Source: Macrostomum hystrix
Lineage: Eukaryota > Animalia > Platyhelminthes
DNA: 64,000 bases
Assembly: GCA_950097015.1 (NCBI GenBank)
Contig: CATNEN010000005.1
Location: 5,332,001 to 5,396,000 of the forward strand
Direction of reading: 5' to 3'
In this document: positions 14,561-27,908 of the stretch, in pieces
How the letters are laid out: each line of letters opens with the position of its first letter
How positions within the stretch are numbered: position 1 is the first letter of the stretch
Notes under the pieces: generated by a model
Databases searched by the model: none
What the model was told of the DNA's origin: nothing
What the model saw: only the letters and a program-made list of their open reading frames with translations
Program-made: the position numbers and the translations under genes

Positions 14561-15295
14561 CTTTTCTACCCTAGAGTCTCTACTTTACCCCACAGTCCGA
14601 ACTCTATCCTGCACCTATCTAAGCCGCACTCTCTACTCTACTCCACACCATCCTTGCAACACTTTCTCAAAATACAAGCTGCAGGCAGACTGGCTAGTCT
14701 TGGATCGATCATAAAAGCTTAATATACACGTCGATAAAGAGAACAAAGACTTTAGGACAACAACTTTCGCCACTTCCGCGCGCCATTAACCTTCTCCTCA
14801 TTCTTTGTCCTACTCACCCAGTTGCACGCTATTTATTCGCCACCACCCAAGCACTAGCAGATCCCATCCCCATTGTCCCGCGTCGCCTATTCACCTATTC
14901 TATCGTTATAACAAAAATGTATGAATTCATTTTCTTCGCTTTCTCTCGCCCTTGAGCACGCAAGCTACGCTCGTATAGCATGCCCACGTTTAAACTGCAT
15001 ACTCAATCGTATGATTCACATCGCATTCTCAATCAAGCTAACCCCGAAGCTTCTAAAGCCTGTTTCAAAAAGGAACTGGGAATAATGTCTGGGGAAGGAT
15101 GCTGGCTTCCTATTTCACTCTCCACGACCTCCGTCACCTTGCGATTCGGGACAGATCCCGGCAGAAAATTTAGGGATAAGAAACTAAGACTGAAAGTAAG
15201 AATTTCATGAAAATTGTTACTAATTTCGTCTTTCGCTCTTTCTGTTACACTTCCAACGTTAATCCCTACCACTATTTATCAACCGTTCACTCTCC

Positions 15296-16110
15296 ACCCT
15301 CTCTCCCCTCTCCTCCTCTCTCCCTTATCTACTTCCCTCCCTTCTACTCCTCTCTCCCTTATCTACTTCTCTCCCCTCTACTCCTCTCTCCCTTATCTAC
15401 TTCTCTCCCCTCTACTCCTCTCTCCCTTATCTACTTCTCTCCCCTCTACTCCTCTCTCCCTTATCTACTTCTCTCCCCTCTACTCCTCTCTCCCTTATCT
15501 ACTTCTCTCCCCTCTACTCCTCTCTCCCTTATCTACTTCTCTCCCCTCTACTCCTCTCTCCCTTATCTACTTCTCTCCCCTCTCCTCCTCTCTCCCTTAT
15601 CTACTTCTCTCCCCTCTACTCCTCTCTCCCTTATCTACTTCTCTCCCCTCTCCTCCTCTCTCCGTTATCTACTTCTCTCCCCTCTCCTCCTCTCTCCGTT
15701 ATCTACTTCTCTCCCCTCTCCTCCTCTCTCCCTTATCTACTTCTCTCCCCTCTACTCCTCTCTCCCTTATCTACTTCTCTCCCCTCTACTCCTCTCTCCC
15801 TTATCTACTTCTCTCCCCTCTACTCCTCTCTCCCTTATCTACTTCTCTCCCCTCTACTCCTCTCTCCCTTATCTACTTCTCTCCCCTCTACTCCTCTCTC
15901 CCTTATCTACTTCTCTCCCCTCTACTCCTCTCTCCCTTATCTACTTCTCTCCCCTCTCCTCCTCTCTCCGTTATCTACTTCTCTCCCCTCTCCTCCTCTC
16001 TCCCTTATCTACTTCTCTCCCCTCTCCTCCTCTCTTCCTTATCTACTTCTCTCCCCTCTACTCCTCTCTCCCTTATCTACTTCTCTCCCCTCTACTCCTC
16101 TCTCCCTTCT
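15296..16110. repeat. 34-bp pyrimidine-rich minisatellite (TTCTCTCCCCTCTACTCCTCTCTCCCTTATCTAC)n
   Basis: Period 34 (15401, 15435). Confidence 0.96.
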
Positions 16111-16787
16111 TCTCCTCTCCTCTCTCCTCCACTCTCCCGTCTCCCATATCATTCCTTTCCCGATATTTTGCTATCTTGTTGCTTGCTAATCCTATCATTT
16201 ACTTTCGTTTAACTTGGCACCAAACTTAGAAATGAAATTTACATTGCCAAGTATCCATATACTAATCTATACATGTAGGCAGAACATTTGAGTGTGTTTT
16301 TTATTTTGTTAAATCCATCAGCCAAGCCAAAATACATAGAAGGCTATGCATAATCTATATTGTAATAAATACATAGCATGAGTCTATACTAATATAGAAG
16401 CTATGAGATAGACTACCCTACAAGTCAAGATAAGTTTCTCAATATTCAATAAGAACTAAGCAAGGATTCCAACATTGAAAATCCACTGGATTAGTCAGTC
16501 TGAGGTTTTTCCCGGGGACATTTTGATTTGATTAAATCATGCCTTGGATTCTGTACAGAGAAGATGTTGAGTAGCTTATCAAGGCTACACCATGCAGTCA
16601 CGCTTCATCAATAAATGGCTTTCACTGTAAGAGACAGAGAGAGCAGGTGCAACATGTCTTCTAGTCTAAGTCTTGTATCTATCTTCAGTGTCGTCACTGA
16701 GGATGAGAATGAGTCGGTCTGTCTTTTTACTGCTTGTCATCTTCTTGAAAATGTCCTTATCATTCTGTTTCACTTTCTTTGCCATCG

Positions 16788-17429
16788 GGACACGGGAGAG
16801 ATGAGACACGGGAGAGATGAGACACGGGAGAGATGAGACACGGGAGAGATGAAACACGGGAGAGATGAGACACGGGAGAGATGAGACACGGGAGAGATGA
16901 GACACGGGAGAGATGAGACACGGGAGAGATGAGACACGGGAGAGATGAGACACGGGAGAGATGAGACACGGGAGAGATGAGACACGGGAGAGATGAGACA
17001 TAGGAGAGATGAGACACGGGAGAGATGAGACACGGGAGAGATGAGACACGGGAGAGATGAGACACGGGAGAGATGAGACACGGGAGAGATGAGACATAGG
17101 AGAGATGAGACACGGGAGAGATGAGACACGGGAGAGATGAGACACGGGAGAGATGAGACATAGGAGAGATGAGACATAGGAGAGATGAGACAGAGAAGAG
17201 ATGAGACACGGTAGAGATGAGACATAGGAGAGATGAGACACGGGAGAGATGAGATACGGTAGAGATGAGACGCGGGAGAGATGAGAGAGAGGAGAGATCA
17301 GCCGGTAGCGGGAGAGAGAAAATAAAATTGAGAAATGAGACAGGATCGCGTTTGTGTTTGAAGGGGCCAGGGAACGGGATTAGGAAGCTTCGAGGCCGCA
17401 TCTGGCCGGCGGACCGGAGGTTGCCAAGC
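16788..17429. repeat. 16-bp minisatellite (GAGATGAGACACGGGA)n followed by a degenerate hAT-MITE right end
   Basis: Array spans 16788-17285. 17384-17429 (GAAGCTTCGAGGCCGCATCTGGCCGGCGGACCGGAGGTTGCCAAGC) matches the right end of the MITE at 48595-48642. Confidence 0.88.
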
Positions 17430-18647
17430 TAGCACGTTGTGCTCAGTCGAATCCTCTCTAATATTGAGTCCACGCCGACTTTTTAGTTATCTCGTATCGT
17501 ATTAAAACAAATCTGCCTGAAAAAAGCTGCAGATATTATATAATACAGCCTTGAGTCTTTCTGCTTTTGAATTCCAGCAATAGAAGCAGATGTTTGACTG
17601 TCGCCAGCAAATGAAATTTGTTTAGTTGCCACAATGTCAACTAATGAGGAATGTCTCAAATTTTTGGGATAATCCTACACCCCCCGGTGTGTCATCTTTA
17701 TATTCCCCTAATTATTATGCAATAGCTCATTCGATAGCATTGTCTGCAACAGCTGGTTGCTCTCCCTTAAAGATGAGACTAAAATAGGCTATCTAAACAA
17801 ATCCTAGAAAAAATGTGCCTTTTTTCGTTCTTCCCCCATGTGAACAACGAAAATGCATGACGAATTTTTAATGATGTAACAAAAATGTCTTTATAGAGGT
17901 TGGATGAACAGATGTTCACCAATTAAGAAGGGATCCAGACTGATGTACATGTAGATAAAGCAAGAAAAAAATTGAGTTCTAACAAAAGAAATACCTTGTT
18001 TATCAGTTGGTCGCTATTTTACGATCGATCGACGAGAAAAAAACGGTTTTAAAAAATTAAGCTGAATAATGCCACGATAGATAAAGTGTTGGTTTTGGCG
18101 GAGGTTTTAGTGAGACGTTTAGGAATACCAAATTTAAGGTTGCTGGCTGGTGGCTGGTGGGGGCGTGGCTACGCGGTCTATGCTGAGATCAAATTGAGCG
18201 GAAGGGAGCAACTTTTCTAGTTGGTCGTCTTCCCACCTCCCCTACACATTTTCCTACCCTTACTTTCACCTCTACATTATGACTGCGCTCATTGGCTAGG
18301 ATTTTAGACCAATCGCGTGACGCAACTGCTCTATACTGTCGCCCTAAAGCGCCACATTTTCTCTATCCAAGCAAAAAATGGTTGATTTTTTTATTAGGAA
18401 AGTAGAAAAAAGCTTTTAGATTAGAGAGCTACCGGGCAACGCCCATTCACTGTTAACAATTCCTTATTCATGATAGAAAAATCTTCCAACATAGATTTTA
18501 TTCAGGATGTGAAACCTTAGGGCATTTACTCAGGGCAAAGGATATTAGGAATACTGACCGAAAGCATACAATCAGTAGGAGATTTCAACTGAACTTTTGC
18601 TGTACAGAACAGCGGTTTTAACTAACTAGAGATATTGTGATCTGATC

Positions 18648-19340
18648 TGCTGACTGATCTATTGACTGATCTAGTGACTGATCTATAGTGACTGATCTAT
18701 AGTGACTGATCTATAGTGACTGATCTATAGTGACTGATCTATAGTGACTGATCTATAGTGACTGATCTATAGTGACTGATCTATAGTGACTGATCTATAG
18801 TGACTGATCTATAGTGGCTGATCTATAGTGACTGATCTATAGTGACTGATCTATAGTGGCTGATCTATAGTGACTGATCTATAGTGACTGATCTATAGTG
18901 ACTGATCTATAGTGACTGATCTATAGTGACTGATCTATAGTGGCTGATCTATAGTGACTGATCTATAGTGACTGATCTATAGTGACTGATCTATAGTGAC
19001 TGATCTATAGTGACTGATCTATAGTGACTGATCTATAGTGGCTGATCTATAGTGACTGATCTATAGTGACTGATCTTTAGTGACTGATCTAGTGACCGAT
19101 CTAGTGAATTTTGTGGTCTAGAGTCTGATCTATAGTGACTGATCTATAGTGAGTGATCTAGTGACTGATCTTTAGTGACTGATCTATAGTGACTGATCTA
19201 TAGTGACTGATCTATAGTGACTGATCTATAGTGACTGATCTATAGTGACTGATCTATAGTGACTGATCTATAGTGGCTGATCTATAGTGACTGATCTAGT
19301 GACCGATCTAGTGAATTTTGTGGTCTAGAGTCTGATCTAT
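18648..19340. repeat. 14-bp minisatellite (TAGTGACTGATCTA)n
   Basis: Tandem copies. An interruption (GAATTTTGTGGTCTAGAGTC) is duplicated at ~19105 and ~19315. Confidence 0.96.
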
Positions 19341-19884
19341 ATGAGTGACAGAGAAATCACACGATTGACCTAGAGCTCCATTGATTAATAATTTAGTAAC
19401 TAGTCAGAATGTAATACACAACTTGTTAAAAATGATCAAGTCTATTATCATAATGAATTTTTAATGCGTGTATTTTAGAAAGATACTCGTAATTAGATAA
19501 TTAAGTTGACTTTCTAAAGAGTAACCGGTATTAAATTGCAAAACTTAAACAAAAGACACGCGTGTAACTCTAACCCGGGTTTTATAATACGATGCTGAAC
19601 AGTTATATCTCATTAAATGTCATGCCACAGCCACACAGCTATTCTCAGCTTTCAACTGTTGCTCACCACACCGGAAATTAAACCTAGAACTCACCGAACC
19701 CAAGAAAATTTGGGAATAATTAATATTGAATCCAACTTGATACCGACCATCATCATATCTTTTCTATCTGCTTCATCGATCTAAATGTTCTTTCGATACT
19801 AATCATTGTAATTTAGGCTATAATATCTGTTTCTACAGAACACAGGAATAAAAATTTCTCTACCTCTTTTCATCTACATATTAT

Positions 19885-20905
19885 CCTCTCTCCCACTCGC
19901 TTCTTTCCCACTCCCTTCTCTCCCACTCCCTTCTCTCCTACTCCCTTCTCTCCCACTCCCTTCTCTCCCACTCCCTTCTCTACCACTCCCTTCTCTCCCA
20001 CTCCCTTCTCTCCCACTCCCTTCCCTCCCACTCCCTTCTTTCCCACTCCCTTCCCTCCCACTCCCTTCTTTCCCACTCCCTTCTCTCCCACTCCCTTCCC
20101 TCCCACTCCCTTCTTTCCCACTCCCTTCTCTCCCACTCCCTTCCCTCCCACTCCCTTCTCTCCCACTCCCATCTCTCCCACTCCCTTCTCTCCCACTCCC
20201 TTCTCTCCCACTCCCTTCTCTCCCACTCCCATCTCTCCCACTCCCTTCTCTCCCACTCCCTTCCCTCCCACTCCCTTCTCTCCCACTCCCTTCTCTTCCA
20301 CTCCCTTCTCTTCCACTCCCTTCTCTCCCACTCCCTTCTCTTCCACTCCCTTCTCTCCCAGTCCCTTCTCTCCCTTCTATCCTACTCCCTTCTCTCCCAC
20401 TACCTTCTCTCCCTCCCTTCTCTCCCAATTGAATCTCTCCCACTCCCTTCTCTCCTACTCCCTTCGCTCCTACTCCCTTCTCTTCCACTCCCATCTCTCC
20501 CACTCCCTTCTCTCCCACTCCCTTCTCTCCCACTCCCTTCTCTCCCACTCCCTTCTCTCCCACTCCCTTCCCTCCCACTCCCTTCTCTCCCACTCCCTTC
20601 TCTCCCACTCCCTTCTCTCACACTCCCTTCCCTCCCACTCCCTTCTCTCCCACTCCCTTCTCTCCCACTCCCTTCTCTCCCACTCCCTTCTCTCCCACTC
20701 CCTTCTCTCCCACTCCCTTCTCTCCCAGTCCCTTCTCTCCCTTCTATCCTACTCCCTTCTCTCCCACTACCTTCTCTCCCTCCCTTCTCTCCCAATTGAA
20801 TCTCTCCCACTCCCTTCTCTCCTACTCCCTTCGCTCCTACTCCCTTCTCTTCCACTCCCATCTCTCCCACTCCCTTCTCTCCGATCCCTTCTCTTCCACT
20901 CCCTT
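19885..20905. repeat. 15-bp minisatellite (CTCTCCCACTCCCTT)n
   Basis: Tandem copies. A variant block at ~20350-20520 is duplicated at ~20720-20880. Confidence 0.95.
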
Positions 20906-21419
20906 CTCTCCCTTCACTCCCACTTACTTTCCCAGTTGAATTCTAGAATGAAGAATCCGCAGCCAGAAAGGAAGCGTTGAAACGCGCAGAGACGAGCGAA
21001 ATTTTTCCTCATCAAATAGCCAAATGCGGCGAACAGAAGTGCTGATGGCGCCGCCCTCCTGCCCCCCACAAGCTCCTTCATCCACAGACAGCTGCAGATT
21101 CCAATCCACAATTTGGTCCGCCGCCCCATCTACCACCCGCTGTGTGACGCCTTTCATCAGAAAGCTGTCACCTGATGCTAATTCCCTCCTCGGATGGCTC
21201 CTTCCCATTCCTCTCCCCAATATCCTCGCCGAACCCAGTCTGCGCCACACTGCCGGACCCTTTTCCTCTGATTCTTCGCTTCACTTTTCTTGCTTTTTTA
21301 TCTTGCACTTTTCTCTGCAAATTTATAAATAATAAATATGCTGGTCTCTTCCATGTGCGTTACTTGGATAAAATGTAATAAATTTCATGAGTGACTGAAT
21401 TCTAAGAGAGAAAATCGTT

Positions 21420-23215
21420 GATTAAGAGAGTGACTGAGAGAGTGAATCGCTGATTAGGTGAGTGACTGAGAGAGATTGAATCGCTGATTAGGTGAGTGAC
21501 TGAGAGAGAGTGAATCACTGGTTAGGTGAGTGACTGAGAGAGAGTGAATCGCTGATTAGGAGAGTGATAGAGAGTGAATCGCTGGTTAGGAGACTGATAG
21601 AGATTGAATCGCTGGTTAGGAGACTGATAGAGATTGAATCGCTGGTTAGGAGACTGATAGAGAGTGAATCGCTGGTTAGGAGACTGATAGAGAGTGAATC
21701 GCTGGTTAGGAGACTGATAGAGATTGAATCGCTGGTTAGGAGACTGATAGAGAGTGAATCGCTGGTTAGGAGACTGATAGAGATTGAATCGCTGGTTAGG
21801 AGACTGATAGAGAGTGAATCGCTGATTAGGAGACTGATAGAGAGTGAATCGCTGGTTAGGAGACTGATAGAGATTGAATCGCTGGTTAGGAGACTGATAG
21901 AGATTGAATCGCTGGTTAGGAGACTGATAGAGAGTGAATCGCTGGTTAGGAGACTGATAGAGAGTGAATCGCTGGTTAGGAGACTGATAGAGATTGAATC
22001 GCTGGTTAGGAGACTGATAGAGAGTGAATCGCTGGTTAGGAGACTGATAGAGAGTGAATCGCTGGTTAGGAGACTGATAGAGATTGAATCGCTGGTTAGG
22101 AGACTGATAGAGATTGAATCGCTGGTTAGGAGACTGATAGAGAGTGAATCGCTGGTTAGGAGACTGATAGAGATTGAATCGCTGGTTAGGAGACTGATAG
22201 AGATTGAATCGCTGGTTAGGAGACTGATAGAGATTGAATCGCTGGTTAGGAGAGTGACTGAGTGAGAGAGTGAATCGCTGGTTAGGAGACTGATAGAGAT
22301 TGAATCGCTGGTTAGGAGACTGATAGAGATTGAATCGCTGGTTAGGAGACTGATAGAGAGTGAATCGCTGGTTAGGAGACTGATAGAGAGTGAATCGCTG
22401 GTTAGGAGACTGATAGAGATTGAATCGCTGGTTAGGAGACTGATAGAGATTGAATCGCTGGTTAGGAGACTGATAGAGAGTGAATCGCTGGTTAGGAGAC
22501 TGATAGAGATTGAATCGCTGGTTAGGAGACTGATAGAGATTGAATCGCTGGTTAGGAGACTGATAGAGATTGAATCGCTGGTTAGGAGAGTGACTGAGTG
22601 AGAGAGTGAATCGCTGGTTAGGAGACTGATAGAGATTGAATCGCTGGTTAGGAGACTGATAGAGATTGAATCGCTGGTTAGGAGAGTGACTGAGTGAGAG
22701 AGTGAATCGCTGGTTCGGAGACTGATAGAGATTGAATCGCTGGTTAGGAGAGTGACTGAGTGAGAGAGTGAATCGCTGGTTAGGAGACTGATAGAGAGTG
22801 AATCGCTGGTTAGGAGACTGATAGAGAGTGAATCGCTGGTTAGGAGACTGATAGAGATTGAATCGCTGGTTAGGAGACTGATAGAGATTGAATCGCTGGT
22901 TAGGAGAGTGACTGAGTGAGAGAGTGAATCGCTGGTTCGGAGACTGATAGAGATTGAATCGCTGGTTAGGAGAGTGACTGAGTGAGAGAGTGAATCGCTG
23001 GTTAGGAGACTGATAGAGAGTGAATCGCTGGTTAGGAGACTGATAGAGAGTGAATCGCTGGTTAGGAGACTGATAGAGATTGAATCGCTGGTTAGGAGAC
23101 TGATAGAGATTGAATCGCTGGTTAGGAGACTGATAGAGATTGAATCGCTGGTTAGGAGACTGATAGAGATTGAATCGCTGGTTAGGAGACTGATAGAGAG
23201 TGAATCGCTGGTTAG
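21420..23215. repeat. 30-bp minisatellite (AGAGTGAATCGCTGGTTAGGAGACTGATAG)n with occasional 36-bp units
   Basis: Repeats in register with the lines. Source of the PNQRFNLYQS pseudo-ORF. Confidence 0.97.
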
Positions 23216-23824
23216 GAACAGACTTGATATTTTTTACTCTTATAAGGGGTTTGACACTTATTTCATTTGAACGAAATTTCACAGTCCGCTGAGGTCAAGA
23301 CACCAGGCAAGCAAATGCAGAAAATGAAATTTATCCTTTCGCCAAATCTTATCAGATTTTTGCTTGATTAAATTAGACTTGAATCTTTTTGTGTGTTTTC
23401 TTCTTTTTTTTGCCAAATCCTCTTAGCTTGCTTTGATGTTTTAGTTCGCGTCAAAGGTTATTTAGGGACGTTTGTTCAACCAGCTGCTTGCCGTAAAGGA
23501 TTATCTGATATAAATGACTTTTTAATAAATATAACCCATATGTCATAATTACACTACTTGAGCCTTAAGAAGTCAGTAGAGAGTGTAGAATGTTTTGCCC
23601 AGATACGGTTAAATGGCACAGAAATGACGAGTAAGAAATTCGTGTCCTTCAGCAATACACTTAATTCCCTTATTCACGATTCACGATAAGGAAATAAGTT
23701 CCCTTTGTACTTCTCTGTCAGCTTCCAGCTGGAAAATGAATCTCTACAAGCGTCAGCTGTTGTAGAAATTTTGGTCTGGCTGACCGCCCCGAGTCCACGG
23801 ACTGAACTGCTGTACACTGCCTGT

Positions 23825-24140
23825 CTCTCCACTCTCTTCTCTCCTGTCTCCTCTCTCTTCTCTCCTCTCTCCTCTCTTCCGTCTCCTCTCTCCTCTCTTC
23901 TGTCTTCTCTCTCCTGTCTCCTCTCTTCTCTCTCCTGTCTCCTCTCTTCTCTCTCCTGTCTCCTGTCTTCTCTCTCCTGTCTCCTCTCTTCTCTCTCCTG
24001 TCTCCTCTCTTCTCTCTCCTGTCTCATCTATTCTCTCTCCTGTCTCATCTCTCCTCTCTTCTCTCTCCTGTCTCATCTCTACTCTCTCCTCTCTTCTGTC
24101 TCCTCTCTCCTCTCTCCTGTCTCCTGTCTACTGTGTCCTG
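23825..24140. repeat. ~21-bp minisatellite (CTCCTCTCTTCTCTCTCCTGT)n
   Basis: Tandem degenerate copies. Confidence 0.88.
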
Positions 24141-24645
24141 TCTGCTCTCTCCCTTCTTCTATATCCTCTTCCCATCAGGTCGCTCCACTACTCCCTCTAA
24201 TGAGCCTGATAGTAGTCCAGTTTCAAAGTCATTTTTACATTCAAGCAGACTTAAAGCACCCAAAAAAACTATTAGAAAACTATAGAAAAAGCAGAATCCA
24301 AAGGAATTTTAATACGACGTAGTCCTGCAAGAAGCCCAAACTATAGGTGCCTAAAGCTATCCCATTTGATGGCTGAACAAGCTGTTCTATATCGCAGCAG
24401 AACCTTTGCGCATGGAAATAGTTTATTAAGAACTTTTAGGACCCAGGAATATCCCAACCGCAAATGATGATGCATAGTCCAGTTAGGAGACTGGTGGAAT
24501 GCTGTCAAAGTTGCCGGATGTATTTTTACAACTGAATAGAGGAAATTGATGAGGCCGTTTGTGACCGTGTGTACGAGCTATAGCTGCATCTGTGATAGCA
24601 ATTATACAAATTCCCAGCTTGATGCATGCGGAAAATAAAAAGGGT

Positions 24646-25873
24646 TTGGTAACAGCAGATAGTAACAAAGAATGGTAACAGCTGATGGTAACAGCAGATA
24701 GTAACAAAGAATGGTAATAGCTGATGGTAACAGCAGATAGTAACAAAGAATGGTAATAGCTGATGGTAACAGCAGATAGTAACAGGCAATGGTAACAGGC
24801 AATGGTAACAGGGAATGGTAATAGCTGATGGTAACAGGGAATAGTAACAGCTGATGGTAACAGAGAATGGTAACAGAGAATGGTAACAGCTGATGGTAAC
24901 AGGCAATGGTAACAGGCAATGGTAACAGGAAATGGTAACAGGCAATGGTAACAGGGAATGGTAATAGCTGATGGTAACAGGGAATAGTAACAGCTGATGG
25001 TAACAGAGAATGGTAACAGAGAATGGTAACAGCTGATGGTAACAGAGAATGGTAACAGCTGATGGTAACAGGCAATGGTAACAGGCAATGGTAACAGGCA
25101 ATGGTAACAGCTGATGGTAACAGGGAATGGTAATAGCTGATGGTAACAGCTGATGGTAACAGCTGATGGTAACAGAGAATGGTAACAGCTGATGGTAACC
25201 GAGAATAGTAACAGCTGATGGTAACCGAGAATGGTAACAGCTAATGGTAACAGAGAATGGTAACAGCTGATGGTAACAGCTAATGGTAACAGAGAATGGT
25301 AACAGCTGATGGTAACAGAGAATGGTAACAGCTAATGGTAACAGAGAATGGTAACAGCTGATGGTAACCGAGAATGGTAAGCTGATGGTAACAGGGAATG
25401 GTAACAGCTGATGGTAACAGGGAATGGTAACAGCTGATGGTAACAGGGAATGGTAACAGCTGATGGTAACAGGGAATGGTAACAGCTGATGGTAACCGAG
25501 AATGGTAAGCTGATGGTAACAGGGAATGGTAACAGCTGATGGTAACCGAGAATGGTAACAGCTGATGGTAACCGAGAATGGTAACAGCTAATGGTAACAG
25601 AGAATGGTAACAGCTGATGGTAACAGCTAATGGTAACAGAGAATGGTAACAGCTGATGGTAACAGAGAATGGTAACAGCTAATGGTAACAGAGAATGGTA
25701 ACAGCTGATGGTAACCGAGAATGGTAAGCTGATGGTAACAGGGAATGGTAACAGCTGATGGTAACAGGGAATGGTAACAGCTGATGGTAACAGGGAATGG
25801 TAACAGCTGATGGTAACAGGGAATGGTAACAGCTGATGTTAACAGGGAATGGTAATAGCTGATGGTAACAGCT
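24646..25873. repeat. 13-bp minisatellite (GGTAACAGCTGAT / GGTAACAGAGAAT / GGTAACAGGCAAT)n
   Basis: Mosaic of 13-bp variants, ending ~20 bp from the Ly6-like stop codon. Confidence 0.95.
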
Positions 25874-25893
25874 GAGGAACTGTGGCCTGTTAA

Positions 25894-27711
25894 TCAATCA
25901 ATAACCCTGAACATCCAGAACAGAACAGTCATAGAAATAGTCACAAAACCATCGTCAGTGCACAAGCCGCCAAGCCTGCGGCCCCTGTTGCAGCCATCGA
26001 AGCGGCACATGGACAGGCATCCTTCAAAATAGTCTCCATCGAAATCCTTGCTTGTGTGCTCAAAGTGATCGGCATGGTTTGAGCGTTGTACGGCAAATTT
26101 TCCACAATGACTCTTCAAAGAATTGTCTATGAGAGTGTCCACGGAACATTGGCGAATCAAGACCTCCTGACCGTCAGAGTGTCGGCGACCTTTCAACTTA
26201 AAGCAGTAGCGCGCGGGGTAGAGGCCATAGACACCTGGGCGGCCCTGGCTGCAGTCGGCAGTCAGAGAAATAGCGGTAGAATTGAATGGATCGTGACAGG
26301 CCGGATTTGAACCGTTGATTGATAGACAGACGAAACATGCAATGCCAGCTGAGACTGATTATGAATGTCATTGTTGCGTATGGTTGCTATGCATGAAATA
26401 AAAACTATTTTTGCTACATTTTATAGGGCTGCTTTAGGAGCCATGGATTTTAAGGACTAAAGGTATGACCACGGAGTTCGGATGACGTCACCTTGGATTT
26501 AGGATGGTATTACCTTGGATTTAGGAGGGTATCACCTTGGATTTAAGAGGGTATCACCTTGGATTTAGGAGGGTATCACCTTGGATTTAGGAGGGTATCA
26601 CCTTGGATTTAGGAGGGTATCACCTTGGATTTAAGAGGGTATTACCTTGGATTTAGGAGGGTATCACCTTGGATTTAAGAGGGTATCACCTTGGATTTAG
26701 GAGGGTATCACAATGAATTTAGAAGGGTATCACAATGGATTTAGGAGGGTATCACCTTGGATTTAAGAGGGTATTACCTTGGATTTAGGAGGGTATCACC
26801 TTGGATTTACGAGGGTATCACCTTGGATTTAGGAGGGTATCACCTTGGATTTAAGAGGGTATCACCTTGGATTTAGGAGGGTATCACAATGGATTTAGGA
26901 GGGTATCACAATGGATTTAGGAGGGTATCACAATGGATTTAGGAGGGTATCACAATGGATTTAGGAGGGTATCACAATGGATTTAGGAGGGTATCAGAAT
27001 GGATTTAGGAGGGTATCACAATGGATTTAGGAGGGTATCAGAATGGATTTAGGAGGGTATCACAATGAATTTAGAAGGGTATCACAATGAATTTAGGAGG
27101 GTATCACAATGGATTTAGGAGGGTATCACAATGGATTTAGGAGGGTATCACAATGGATTTAGGAGGGTATCAGAATGGATTTAGGAGGGTATCACAATGA
27201 ATTTAGAAGGGTATCACAATGGATTTAGGAGGGTATCACAATGGATTTAGGAGGGTATCACAATGGATTTAGGAGGGTATCACAATGGATTTAGGAGGGT
27301 ATCACAATGGATTTAGGAGGGTATCAGAATGGATTTAGGAGGGTATCACAATGGATTTAAGAGGGTATCACCTTGGATTTAGGAGGGTATCACTATGGAT
27401 TTAGGAGGGTATCACAATGGATTTAAGAGGGTATCACCTTGGATTTAGGAGGGTATCACAATGGATTTAGGAGGGTATCACAATGGATTTAGGAGGTATC
27501 ACTATGGATTTAGGAGGGTATCACAATGGATTTAGGAGGTATCACTATGGATTTAGGAGGGTATCACTATGGATTTAGGAGGGTATCACTATGGTAATTT
27601 GCTCAAAAACTTACCTGAAAGAGCTGACATTGACAATAGAGCCAATAGCAAAACCCAGCCACAATGGCAGCACGGATAACAAAGTGAATTGCAAAAACGA
27701 AGTCGAAGCAT
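25894..27711 (-). CDS. GPI-anchored Ly6/uPAR (three-finger, quiver/sleepless-like) protein; exons complement(join(25894..26348,27615..27711)), with an alternative in-frame acceptor at 26354
   Basis: Exon 1 encodes MLRLRFCNSLCYPCCHCGWVLLLALLSMSALS (signal-like) and ends at a phase-1 GTAAGT donor. Exon 2 follows a phase-1 CAG acceptor and reads GIACFVCLSINGSNPACHDPFN...DC...YCFK...RQC...HCG...GCLSMCRFDGCN (10 Cys, terminal CN), then a hydrophobic tail (GFVTISMTVLFWMF). The ORF track shows only the 3' half. Confidence 0.85.
26492..27593. repeat. 22-bp minisatellite (GGATTTAGGAGGGTATCACCTT/CAAT)n filling the Ly6-like intron
   Basis: ~50 copies. The CCTT variant dominates on the left and CAAT on the right. 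Confidence 0.97.
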
Positions 27712-27876
27712 TTTAACTTAGCCTTTTGCAAAGAAACTAACAATTTTTTATATTCGTAGCCGATGCTCCAGAATCAGATTTTTGGAACAATTTATGGATA
27801 CATTTAGAGTTATACAGGAGGGGATTGAAGGGACAGAGCCAGGAAGGGACCAATTGATCTTCCAATCAGCCAAGAC

Positions 27877-27877
<1 letters not shown>

Positions 27878-27907
<30 letters not shown>
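27878..27907. repeat. (CAG)10 microsatellite upstream of the Ly6-like gene
   Basis: Directly visible. Confidence 0.95.

Positions 27908-27908
<1 letters not shown>

Noticed and set aside
20924-21315. GC-rich island with a minus-strand acceptor and GTAAGT donor
   Set aside because: No single frame is open from acceptor to donor and no motif was recognised, so it cannot be supported as coding.
212-23282. Long ORFs in the left half (e.g. 932 aa at 7750-10548, 476 aa at 13284-14714, 586 aa at 21522-23282)
   Set aside because: They are translations of stop-free minisatellite frames, open in several frames at once and with no unique domain.
26492-27593. TTTAGGAGGG-containing array as interstitial telomeric repeat
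   Set aside because: The unit is a 22-mer without tandem TTAGGG or TTAGG hexamers/pentamers, and it lies inside an intron.
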